A stretch of 64,000 nt of DNA from the NCBI GenBank assembly GCA_030295235.1, contig AP026146.1:62001-126000 (forward strand), in the 5' to 3' direction. The notes under the pieces were generated by a model, which saw only the letters and a list, made by a program, of their open reading frames with translations, was not told the DNA's origin and did no database searches. The DNA comes from Fistulifera solaris. Its lineage: Eukaryota. The stretch's first letter is position 1. Each line of letters begins with the position of its first letter. A program made the translations under genes and the position numbers. This document shows, in pieces, positions 36,052-48,079 of the stretch.

Positions 36052-36507
36052 ATGAACGACAAAGAAGTAACACCGGAAAGAATGGATACCTCCTCTACAA
36101 CAACGGAGGATTCCACTGCTATTGTATCGTTATACAATAGCTGGACGACCTCGGATTGTGGAAGTCTTCCCGACGAAGAAACTCATGAAATTCGTCCGAA
36201 CGTTTCGATTCAAAATATCTTGGAACAACTACGGAAACGTTGTCGAGAGGAAGACTTACCAGCTGAATTGAAGCTTCGTCCCCGAAAACGACCAAACTGC
36301 GTCTTTCTCAATTATTTGGGTCGATTACGGTTGACTACTCGCCTACGACCCACGAAAGTCGCCTCGACAGATACTTCACCAAATGCACTCACGGGAGGAA
36401 CAACCGATGACCTTGATCCTCATTCTCTGCTAATCTGCGGCACGCAACTGCTTCCGATAGATAGTTTAGATTTCGACTGTCTGGAAGCCGTCTTTGGAGA
36501 TCTGTGA
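36052..36507 (+). CDS. Small hypothetical protein (TP...LxLRPR motif family)
   Basis: ATG ORF with VTPER, LPAELKLRPRKRP and RLRP. Flanked by non-coding DNA. Confidence 0.55.
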   Translation: MNDKEVTPERMDTSSTTTEDSTAIVSLYNSWTTSDCGSLPDEETHEIRPNVSIQNILEQLRKRCREEDLPAELKLRPRKRPNCVFLNYLGRLRLTTRLRPTKVASTDTSPNALTGGTTDDLDPHSLLICGTQLLPIDSLDFDCLEAVFGDL

Positions 36508-36778
36508 GGAATCGTAAGGGATGATTCTACTTTTTTGACAGCCAACACGCACCACGCAGAGGCAAGCTAATAATCGCGTAAAAAACATGAAATTATTTGT
36601 AGCAACTATTATTTGAAAATACATGAGTCTATTAGTGACTCGGGCCGTCTCGGCTGCAAATGTAGGTTGCCGTGTCACTGCTTTCAGTTGTTGACAGTGT
36701 TGCATGACATGATATAATATAATTGAAAAAGATCTTAGCAAGTAGCTCTCTGCTGAAATCGCAAAACCCACTTTGTCA

Positions 36779-39461
36779 TTACTGCGCCTCGTCTTCCTCT
36801 TTCTTCACCAGAATACTGTCACTGGTTTCACCTGACTCGATCTGCGAATTATGAACTGCGTCTGGATCGTCCTTCAAGATACTCTGCAAATGAGAATCGG
36901 GTGTGCCATTTTGGTCTCCCCATTGATCGACAAAATCATCCAACTGGACTTTCACATCTTGCGAATCATCGGTCGTGTCAAGAGTTTCGTGTCTCTCCAA
37001 AGTGGTGTCAGTGAGAGCACTGTCCAAAGGAACTGACGCCGACGAAATGTTCATGGGCTCTTTCACTCCATTCGGCACATCACCGAGCGCACCCTCGTAC
37101 ATTTCGACATCATCATGAGTCACCGACCCTTGGCCATTTGCTTGAGGTTTCTTGCCAAGGGACTTCTCGTTCGAAGGTTGCTGATTTGCAACTAATACAC
37201 ACTGCTGTTGCTTCTTCAGTCTATAGTCATTGAGCCCGCGAAGCGCTTTCATGTTATTGTTCAAATGTACAGTTGAACATATTGCGCAGTTTCTGGGAAA
37301 TACGCACGAAACTAGATGGTAAAGCAGATGTTTCGTCTTCCTACACCATGGAAAGGGGCAAACGTCAAAAGTTGACGTTGTGCCCGGACAATCTCGAACA
37401 TGTAGCATCATCCACTTTGCACTTCGACACACATCGTAGTGATTGGAGGATTTGTGCCTGCAATACACATGAACGAATCATGTATTAGAAAGAATACAAG
37501 TATAAGTGTACTTAGTGCTCGTAGACGTCACTTACCGGCACGGACATGTCGAAGCATGCAACATCAGATTTAGAAGACGAGCGGATTCCGAGTCAGAAAA
37601 TTTGGGACCATCGTATTCAGCACCAAATTTCTCCGACTCGGCTTGCTCTGCAGGAGACATATTTTCCGAGTCGAGAACTACGGACTCATCTGAGTCCAGA
37701 TCAAGACTCGCATCACTTAGCAGTCCATCGTCATCGGATAGATCCGAGTCATCGACATCACTGTATTCCATATCATCTCCAGCAGTGGCAGGGATTGGCA
37801 AGTCTTGCGATTCGGGGGACGCGCTTGGTTCTGCAGCGCCGCCGGCATCATCTGCGTGTGCTAGCAAGGCGGGGTGGTACTCAATAGCGTTTGCAGGGGC
37901 ACCAATGTCGAGCCGAGGAATCTAGATGACGGAAAGACGAGATGATGAGATATTATCAGCAAAACTAGCGGCCTTTCTCAACCTTGATCGGTATTTACCT
38001 GAGTTTTCTGACACTTGGGGCACTCTTCTTGAGTGAGTGCCCACCAAGGATTGTAGTCGCAGGTCGAATTATACACTTCATTACACAACGCACACATATA
38101 TTCAACATTTCGTGGTCCACGTTTCTTGCTGCCGCTGGAGCCTTTTTTTTCGTTTCGTGGTTCCCAAAGCGACATGCTGTTGCGAATCGTGCAAAAAATG
38201 ATTTTTTTTTCGTTTGTGGCGTCGTTTCCTTTGCAAACGTCTCCTCTCTGCTGACAATAATGAGTTGATCGAGTCCCCGTCATCGTTAGGTCGACCAACA
38301 TGAGCTGAGGATGCATCAGTTCGTAATGGATCATCATCATTTAAAGGATCATCCATATTTCGTTCCATGTCTTTGTTTGTTGAAGACGCGCCTCTTTCCT
38401 CCGCTGAATTTTTCACTTCATCTCGTGGACGCGTGCGACTCTTATCGGTAACATCTCTACCTTGCAATAGTAAACGATGCGCAGAACTAGCAGCACTCAA
38501 CGAACTTCGCATCTGACTCTTGTCGCTCCCGATAGCCATTCCTGCGTATAAAATTTTGCTTTCTGCCTTAGGTTTGTTGACTGTAGTATTTCCGTTGGAT
38601 CTCCCTTCCACGCCCAACGTCCTCCCATGGAGTTTCTGTGTCAAACTCGACCCTCCACCGTCCAGTGCTTTTCCAAATTGCGACGCATCACCTTCTTTAC
38701 GTTCCGAGACAACCCCTCGTACCGGCATGCCGGCAGGGTTGTGTTTCGCACCCTGCTGCGCCGCCAGTTGCTTGGCGAGCCTCACTTTGACCGGCAATAA
38801 ATTTGCCAGAATATGTTCTTCGAGTTTCTGCACGCCTTCTTCTTCTTTCTTTTCCTTCGAAGGCTTGGCTAGTCCGCTTGTCTCCTTGTACCTTTCCAGG
38901 GTGGATTTGCCCGCGGCCTCGGGATTCACATCCAGTTTGTATTTGCTGTATCGTGTCCTCTAAATGCAGAATGAAGGAATGTAGTTTTTCTCTCCGTTCT
39001 CGAGAACCATCGGACTCGCTTGCTTGTAAGTTTCTAGCGCCCAGTAGCTGACGCTCGAGTTTCTGAAATTCACATAGCATGTACTCGAGTTCGGCTAGAT
39101 ACTTTTGATGCAAGTGCCGAAAGGTAGTTGCTTTCAACGGAGCGGATTCGGAGAGATTGGACGCCGAGTCTGCCGTCGTAGAAGTAGCTTCATCGTGACT
39201 CACGACACCATGTGAAGAATCGTTCTTATTGTAATTAGGCTCGGGAGAAATGTTGATGTTTTCTCGTTTTATTGCTAATTGCGGCTCGGATGTTGAGTCC
39301 TCCGCGCGTTCAATTTCAGGGGGAGCCGGCAAGTCTTCTGAGTCTTTCAAGGCAGATGGATCTGCTGTACTCGAAAGAGAAGCTTGACTGAGAGGCCTTA
39401 AATGCTTCAATGAAGCTTCCGAAGCAGACAAATGCAATAACGATGCGTGTGATGCAGTCAT
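36779..39461 (-). CDS. TAZ zinc-finger protein with an upstream C4 zinc ribbon and helical domain; introns 37458-37535 and 37922-37998; frameshifts near 38170-38210 and 38930
   Basis: Spliced TAZ: RLLNLMLHASTCPCR|HKS...VCRSAKWMMLHVRDC...CPFPWCRKTKHLLYHLVSC...CAIC. Also YMCALC...ECPKC. The 5' end is uncertain (possible acceptor near 39477). Confidence 0.8.
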
Positions 39462-39993
39462 GGATGTTTCGGTCCCCTAACAGAATGAAATAATACAGTA
39501 AATTGTGTCAGAAACGTCGGTCACTTAATTCCGATCCACTTGGATGATATACAATCAACAAATGACAGGAAGAAAGATCTTGCAAAATGCTCAAACAGGA
39601 AACGGATCGATAGCCAGCAGCAAAAGGGCAAAAGATCGAAAGACACTCCTAATAAAAAGAGGTCTGTGAACGAGAAAGCCGCACTCTTTCCCAGCCACCG
39701 ACGTCGTGTTTTACAGTTGCCCAGTCGAAGATCAACGTCCAGTACTGCTTTGTACTCCAAAACGCAGAGAACACCATTCTTGCTTCCTTGGAAGATGAGA
39801 ATGAACACGTACGCAAAATCCTCAATAGCAAAAGGGCGGCAGAATTCCACTGAACGAAAGTTCCACAGTCCGACAGCAGAAACGGCGAGGCGGATGCAGT
39901 ACACTCATATCAGACAGTAGCACACTCTTTGTCTTGGATAGACGATGACAGACGATAGTAGTACGGACTGTACGGCGCAAAAAATCCAAGGGA

Positions 39994-40731
39994 TGACGTC
40001 ATATCAGCCGGTCGAAACGTCTGTTGACGTTGCTATACCCATTTTATGTAGGAACACTTGACAGGAAACAACAACACATCGATCAAAACGTCAAAAAATC
40101 AAAGTTGAACTTACAAGAATTCCGGATTCCATGTGACGTGATCGAGCATCCGTCTCGGCCGATGTTCCATCAACAAGTTGTTGAGGGGAAGACGTCGAAG
40201 ACGAGCACCAATGATTACGAGCTGCTTCCATTTTCTTCATTTATGCATTTGTTATTGAAATATTGTGAAGACGCGCATTGTTTTACGATGACCAAAGTGG
40301 TTGGAATTTGCATGTAAAAGATATCAGAGATTTGCAGCATCGATGCGAAATCCGAAGTCGGCCAAGCTCCCAGGAATCAGGGCGAAGAACAATGACCATG
40401 GTGACGTGTATCTTACCGGTAAACGGACGGATTATACATATACAATGAGTGAGTTCTCCCTCCTCCTTAAGTCACGAGTTGTGATCTGTTTCCCGTTTCT
40501 GTCTTTACTGGGACAAATGAATGTGTGACGTACGTGAAAAGCCGATTACGTGGTTGTCCGTTGCCCTCCTCGGTCGACATACAAACTGTCTTTACTTTGT
40601 CGGAGTACCGCTAAGAGCCTATAATCGCTAATAATTTGTCAGCCACTCATTTGGATTTCGACGAGAGGAGAAATCCCGAACCCGTAGTAGTTGTACTTGT
40701 ACTGGTAACAAGAAGTTCCTACTGTACGTCA
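39994..40731. promoter_or_regulatory. Cluster of seven TGACGT/ACGTCA bZIP-type sites in the divergent promoter region
   Basis: Sites at 39994 (full palindrome TGACGTCA), 40025, 40088, 40134, 40402, 40526 and 40726. Confidence 0.65.
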
Positions 40732-40928
40732 TACAGCCCGGTTATTGAGATGTGTCAGCGGCGGCGCCCGAGTCACTCAGCCCTTCGTTCTTTGCTGGCC
40801 ATCAACAGCTCCAACAAGCGAGAGAAACAACAGACTCCGGAGTAATCGTCATCTTCAAGAGCATCCATCAAACACAAGAAGAGAAAGTAACCGATCTGCA
40901 AACTTTGTAACTGTACATTTGAAATAAA

Positions 40929-42510
40929 ATGAGATTTGCAGCATCGGATGGGAGTCGATCACAAGCTGCTGTTTGCTTGACTGGTAAGTTCGAAAATACT
41001 TGAGAAAGATCAACATCAACGCTCTAGGAATAGATGACAATGAAATTGGAGATAGGAACTGCTTTGTTACGTTTACAAAATCATCAAGTGCGTTTTAACA
41101 AAAGAGCCCCCTGAGCCTGAAAAGATATCTGTGTTGCGTTAGAACTATTTCCTCACGTGCTTTCTTTTCTTTCGACCCTCATTTGCACTTTCAGTATTCC
41201 TATTTCTTGCCGTGGATGGCTTTCAAGGACCGCTTCCAGCTCGACCTACAGCGAACAAGGTCGGATTGAGGGACACAGAGACAGCTTGGATGACGGACGG
41301 AATTTACGATGTCTCAAAAGTTTCTACAATCGAATCAATATCGGCATCTGTTGTCCGAAGCAATTTACCTCACTTACCAGTACAACAAAACGGCGCTACG
41401 ATCCAGAAAGAAGAAGATGCAGATGAAGAATTCTTCGCGGAGCAGGATACCGATGCAAAGTTGACAACCGACATCGAGACCCCCAAAATACGCGCACAAG
41501 TTCGTGAGACGGGTTACGATAGCATGCGTTCGTATATGAAAACCATGTGCAATCACGAATTATTGAATCGAAATGAGGAGATCGTACTCGCACGAGAAAT
41601 TCAAATATTGATGAAGTGGGAAGCTGTCCGAGAGCAGTTGGAAACCGACTTGTTGCGACCTCCCACGTATCAAGAATGGGCGAATCAGATTGAACTTGGC
41701 ATGACTGTGGCTGACTTGAAGAAGCAAATTCGTAGAAGTCTGCGGGCTAAAGCAGCACTTACAGAGTCAAATATTCGTTTGGTGGTCAGTATCGCCAAGA
41801 GATATGGTCGTCGTGGACTGTCCTTTCAAGATTTGGCTCAAGAAGGAATTCTCGGTCTGACACGAGCTTGTGAAAAATTTGACCCGGAGCGAGGCTTTCG
41901 TTTTTCTACTTATGCATCATGGTGGATCAAACAGGGCATCATGAGAGCTATTGCTGATCACGGACGTATGATTCGATTACCAGTTCACATCCATGACCAA
42001 ATGAATGCTGTGCGAAAACTTGAACGCGAGATGACTGTTGAGCTAGGACGGGCACCAACTGCAAAGGAGGTTGCCGAAAAGTCCAACCTTACCTTGGAAA
42101 AAATTGAGTTTTTGAATCGAGTCACGCAGGAGTCCATTTCGATGGACGAAGAGTTGCGCACCTCCAAGAGCAAAGGTTCGTCCGCTGGATTGGGAGGAGC
42201 TGGAGGACGAGGAATTACTCTCGAAGAAATCATGGGCGATCCCGAAAGCCAGCCAGTCGAGGAAGCGACGTATCAAATGTTGAAGGACGACATCAGTCGT
42301 TTGATTTGCACACTGAACAGTCGTGAACAAGCAGTTATTCGTATGCGGTTCGGTCTTGACGATGGTAAATGCAAAACCTTGGACGAAATTGGCCGAAAGT
42401 TTTCCGTCACTCGCGAACGAATACGACAGATTGAAGCTCGTGCCTTACACAAGCTGCGACAGCCTTACCGCAATCATGCCGTTCAATGCTATGTCAAGGA
42501 CTATTCATAA
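40929..42510 (+). CDS. Nucleus-encoded, plastid-targeted RNA polymerase sigma-70 factor; exons 40929-40983 and 41195-42510
   Basis: Region 1.2 DSMRSYMK...LLNRNEE. Region 2 [13 protein letters not shown]...QEGILGL...[19 protein letters not shown]. Region 4 [28 protein letters not shown]. Spliced presequence [31 protein letters not shown] (ASAFAP-like). Confidence 0.95.
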
Positions 42511-42599
42511 ACGACGTGTGGAGAGTTAACAAATTCTGTATGCAATAGAAAGCAATATTTAAGTAGTAATGATTACGTCCACGTTAAAAATGTTTTCTT

Positions 42600-45200
42600 A
42601 TTATGAGAGCAGTCAGTACTAAGTATCGTTGGACATAGCAACAACTCATTCCTGCCGCTTATCGCTCTGATAACCTACAAATTTTTCAGCCTCTTATACC
42701 TGTACATGCTTCGACAACTACGGCATTTCTGTCCCGTATAAGCGCTCGATGATTTTAGTCACGTAAGAAGTTTTCTATTTTTCTTGACCCTGGGAACCAA
42801 ATCATGCGCTTGATAAGCTTCCGCGACCTCCAGTCCATAAAGTCATCCTTCGTCAGGATAACTCCTGATGAGGGTTAGAAAATATAGGGGTCGGCATTCT
42901 GACTTTAGGCCAAAAGGGAATAAAATAAATACGAGTCAATCACAGATTGATAAATATATGTGACAAAATGAAAAAAAATTGGAAATTTCAATGTTGGAGG
43001 CAAAATGAAACAAATCTTCCACCATCCGACCCAGCAAGATAAGAATAATAATCATCGACAATAAGTATAAAAAGATCAAAGTTCTGGTTCATTGAAATAT
43101 ATTTAAATAAAAACTGTACTCATATTGGAATTGCTGCCAGCGACCTCCCTGCCTTTCAAAAGATCCGTTAGGAAAAACAATGATCAAAAACAAAATGGAG
43201 GGAAACGATTATTCTAATTGTTTAGTTTCTTTTGAAGGATCCATAAGGATTGCAGAAAAAGTAAAAGTAAAGTAACGACGAGGATCTAAACAGGCAACCG
43301 CCTGTGTTAATCTAAGGTTGCCATCAAGGCGTTGATTTGAAAACTGGAAACGTGCTGTAAGAAATTGCTGCGTATTTCCGAGAGAAGCACAAGAGTTATA
43401 TGCAAGTGGTCTTTCAAACTGTAAGCGTAACGAGGCGATACGTTTTTTTTCTATAAGGCATCCAAGCAGCTTTTAAGCTTTTGACTAGTGCAGTACGTAA
43501 CAATTGAATTACCGACCACCAACCTCCAGACAACTCTTTTATCAAGACTTACAGCTCTTGAAGCAAAATCAAACTTTTTTCTGGAAAAAAAGAAAAATTT
43601 AGTTTAATAAGGACGGACGAAAATTATCCAACTTGTTTAGTTAATCGATAATCTACACATAGAATACCATTGTTCAACTATAAGATGTGGGATATTCTGT
43701 CATTTTGACGGCACTTCCATGGCGTTCAATGACAATCTTTCCAACATAGTAGAGTCTGCCAACGGCTTAATTAGTTTCTTTTGCGCATGCCTCCTCATTT
43801 TTAACGTTGGAAGCTGCATTTCTCGTGGCTTTCTCACTTACTTTCCCGGACTCACATTTGCCAACCTACATAAACATCCACCACGCAGTCAAGTTATCCA
43901 TAAGGGTCACATTGATTGTATTCGCTGTAATCTGAAACCCAATAAACTTGAGCCAAGCCCCGGCTCAGATGCAATTTTGCAGTTGAACCAGCAACCGCGA
44001 AAAATGCGGCTCTTCGAATGCGCTTAATAAACGACTTGCATCAAACAACTTATATTTGCAAGCAAAACATAATTATTGTTCAAATATTCATCCCGCTTTT
44101 CGTTAATTCGAGTCAATGGAAATTCGACTTTTCAACCATGAGAAAAGCTTTTATAAAATCTTTGATAAAGACTTTCGAACTTCGATGCATGACTTTTTGA
44201 TCAATTGAAAGCGATGATTTATTCCAGCTTTTTTATATCAGGACACTAGATTAATTTATCAATTGTAAAATATGTTGATCAAGCGATCATTTTTATTTTT
44301 GAAAAAGGGTGCTGCACTTAAAAGGGTTTTTTCAATCAATATTTGACGGTCTTCGTGATCGCTCGAAGTTTATTTATGTAACTTGCAAGTGCATTGTCTA
44401 TTTTATTTTTAAACCCTTTTCTGAGCTTCTTTCAAACTTCGAAGCAAGATTTTTCGATCAAGTTCAAGCTTTTTAGATCAATTATTCAAACGATTTGAAA
44501 TATGTTAATCAATCGATCATTTTTATTTTCCAAAAAAAGGTGCTGAACGTGAAAGGGTTTTTTTCAATCAATGGTTAACGGTCTTCGTGCTTGATTGAAC
44601 CTAATTTATGTGACTTGCAATTGTATGGGCTATTATATTTTGAAAGCCTACTATAACTTCCATACGTGGAATGCTTAGAATTTTGCCTATGTTGCTGTTA
44701 TCAATTTAAGAATCGAATAGGGGTTTTTTTCACACTTATCAACAGCATTCCTGAAAACGGTTCTTGTAAGTACAAACATCTATCGTGATTGTTGACTGTT
44801 GGTTTTCATTAGATCGTTTTAGCACAGATTTGACAGTTTCAGGCGCTCGACTTCTACAATTGCCTTAACAAAACTTATTATCCCTGAAATATATATTCAA
44901 TCTGGTTAATTTTTTACTTTAATTTCCTCAGTTTGCATGCAATTCTTTCATTCGGACTTATTTTTTTGTTGTCCAAAAGAATGCGCGATGGATATCGCTT
45001 CATTGGGTTTCTTATGCTGGTTTATTCTTCACCAGGATGCTACATTACCCTCTTGATGGCATTACCGACTTCAATGCGACCTGAATGTCGCTTTGTCTAT
45101 TATATTAAGATTTACCTCATAGTATTTGACCCTTCACTAGGATGCTTAACCCTTTCTAGGATAGTTCCGACTTTTAAAGCCAAGTGAAGTGACGTTTGCT
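42600..45200. other. Gene-free AT-rich island; candidate centromere
   Basis: No credible CDS. Hand counts give 15-18 G+C per 60 nt in sampled lines (42901, 43561, 44221) against 32 per 60 in the neighbouring CDS line 42181. Lies between convergent genes. Confidence 0.45.
44268..44643. repeat. Diverged direct repeat, core about 145 bp, period about 230 bp (about 44268-44412 and 44498-44643)
   Basis: Both copies read aaatatgtt.atcaa.cgatcatttttatttt...ggtgctg...aaagggttttttcaatcaat...acggtcttcgtg...tttatgt.acttgcaa.tg. Confidence 0.9.
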
Positions 45201-45332
45201 TCCGAACCGAGTAACAATTAGTGTATCGATGGCATGCATTACGAATTGTTCTGACACAGCTGTGTAATACGACGACCTCTCCTCTAAGTTGGGCTCACAA
45301 ATTTGGACGTAGGTATAATTGGTAATAAATAA

Positions 45333-47454
45333 TTAATGTCCATTTACAAGCATATCGGGTTTTGGCCGATCACTCAAGTCGGGGACCTGTCTGCCCTTGT
45401 AGAAATCAACAAGGTCCCGTCCCTTCTGAGCAATATTGTCGACAGAGTATCCAAACAATTTCATGACATCATCTCCAGGACCGCTCATTCCGAAGGTGCC
45501 AATGCTGATTGAACTATGGCAAAATCGATGCCAGCCATGAACAGCAGACGCTTCAACGGCTAGCGTGGGGATATTTCCAGGAAGTATCGAACGTTGGTAG
45601 GATTCTGGCTGGGCCAAAAAAACCTCTTGACACGGCATAGAGACAACAGCAGTCGGTACGCCATCTGCGGTCAAAGCCGATGCAGCTTTGAGCGAAGGAC
45701 CCACTTCTGACCCTGTGGCGACGACAATGAGGACTGGATTGTCAACTTCTTGAGCAACATAGGCACCTTTTAGAGCTTTTTTCGATCGAGCTGCCTGGAA
45801 TCGCCATCACTGTTGATCGAGAGAGCGCAATGACAGTCGGAGTCTCTCTGTGCTCCAACGCGCTTTGATAGGCAGCCGATGTTTCATTTCCATCGCCAGG
45901 GCGAAATACATTCAAATTGGGAATGGAGCGAAGCATTTCTAGCGTTTCAACAGGTTGATGCGTCGGGCCATCTTCGCCAAGACCGATCGAATCGTGCGTC
46001 ATGACAAAGATAACGCCAAACTTGGACAATGCTGACAAACGGATAGCTCCAACACAATAACCGGTGAAGATAAGAAATGTAGCACAGTAGGGGCGCAAAC
46101 AGCCGTGGGCAAAAAGCCCGTTGCAAACAGCAACCATCCCATGTTCTCGTACACCAAAACGAATGTACCGGCCGTCGGGGCTGTCTTGTTGGAAGTCTAC
46201 TACTCCCTGGTAATCGGTCAGGTTCGAAGGCGTTAAGTCAGCGGAACCTCCCACCAACTCTGGTAGGTTCGGGCCAATGGCACCAAGAACACCGTGACTG
46301 TATTTGCGAGTAGCAGCGTCTTTATCTTTTCCAGCCTCATACCTTGGAAGCCTTTCGATAAGCCCTTCGGGTAGCTTCCCTGCCATGCGACGAGAAAGTT
46401 CAGCTGCCTTCTCAGGGAACTTGGCGGCATATTGGGCAAACATTTCCTCCCAGGCTTTTCGCTTGGCCTCTCCTTTAGCTGCAGCTTGGCTGAAGAATGC
46501 CTGGACATCATCAGGAATATAAAACATCTCATCGGGAGGAAGTCCATAAAACTCCTTTGCCTTACGAAGTTCTTCTTTTCCGAGTGGCGCTCCGTGTGCC
46601 TCCTCTTTGCCCTGCTTTCCGGGGGAACCATATCCGATCATCGTTTTTACTTTGATAATAGACGGTTTGTCAGTGACACTCTTTGCGCTCTCGATAGCTT
46701 TGAGCAAACTCCCAACAGATTCCTCAACATCCGTGATCCTCTGTGTATGCCATCCATAGGCTTCATATCGTTTAAGTACATCCTCCGTGAAACTGAGCGA
46801 AGTTTCTCCATCAATAGTGATTTCGTTGTCATCGTACAAGACGATGAGCTTTCCTAGACCGAGATGACCCGCTAAAGAGCAGGCTTCTCCACTGACACCT
46901 TCCTGAAGACATCCGTCACCGCAAATAACATAGGTGTAATGATCAAACACTGGCATATTTGTCTCGTTGAACTGAGCTGCCAAGTGACGCTCTGCAATGG
47001 CCAACCCAACCGCATTTGAAATACCCTGTCCCAGAGGACCAGTACAGACTTCGACTCCTACGATCCAACTTAAAATGTGAGTCAAATCAATCACAATTGA
47101 ATAATTGATGGCTAAAAACGTGCCCGACTTACCAGGAGTTTGGAAACATTCTGGGTGACCAGGCGTCTTGAAACCGATTTTCCGAAAGTTCTTGAGGTCG
47201 TCGATAGACACATCGTAGCCCGTCAGATGCAACATCGAGTACTGCAAAGCACAAGCGTGGCCGTTACTCAGCACAAAACGGTCCCGATCAATCCAGGCGG
47301 GATCTTTCGACGAGTATTTCATGACCTCACCCCACAATGCGTATGCCATCGGCGCACAGCCCATGGGAGCCCCTGGATGCCCAGCATTTGCTGCTTCCGG
47401 CTGATCTGCAGAGATTGCGCGGATCGTGTTGACACATTTCAATTCGAACGACAT
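45333..47454 (-). CDS. TKL: Transketolase without a presequence (cytosolic); intron 47058-47132; frameshift near 45780
   Basis: AGHPGAPMG, DRDRFVLSNGH, TPGHPE, TGPLGQG, GDGCLQEG...YDDN, THDSIGLGEDGPTHQP. Confidence 0.96.
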
Positions 47455-47584
47455 TGTTGTGGCTTGAGTTGCTTTCAATTAAGTTGTGAGAATGTGTGCC
47501 TTCCAAGACGCCGAGATTCGACAGAAATGAATTGGTGGTCGATGGAAATCTCAGAAACTGATGGATCCGGAAAAGGTGCGGGTG

Positions 47585-47662
47585 CTACAGTACCGGTACA
47601 AGTACCAGGTACGGTACCGGTACCGCACCCGCTACCGTACCGGTACCGTACCGTACCGCACC
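47585..47662. repeat. GTACC/GGTAC-based palindromic simple repeat
   Basis: ...gtaccggtacaagtaccaggtacggtaccggtaccgcacccgctaccgtaccggtaccgtaccgtaccgcacc, upstream of transketolase. Confidence 0.85.
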
Positions 47663-48079
47663 TGTTATTTATGGTATAGACGAATTTCGCCTCAAATTTG
47701 GAATGGAAAATCGCACGATACGTAGGCCAGACGGTGCTCTGATTGAGGAACCGACGGCAGTCTAAAGCGAATGACTGATAATAATTGGTCTAGACCAAAA
47801 GATAGAACGAATTGCGTTACAGAAGAGCTCGCATTTCTTCGAGAAATCTCAGCTAATGCTCGGGTTTGTCTTCAACCGGACTGAGGACAATGGCTGCTTT
47901 AGTTCATGAAGCCGATCTCCTATATTTTCTTGTCTGCCCTGGCCCTGACTGCAGTTTTCTTCGGATCAGTCAATTCTGCGTACGTCTACGCATTCTTGCA
48001 ATGTTTGGAGCCCAAACATCTAGTTCCTTGGTGAGTATAATGAGAGTAATCGTAAATTACCTTCATATCATTATATGAT

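Noticed and set aside
26568..42510. Bacterial contamination or a prokaryotic island, suggested by the RusA and sigma-70 genes
   Set aside because: Sigma-70 has a spliceosomal intron, both genes carry eukaryotic targeting presequences, and both are embedded among intron-containing eukaryotic genes.
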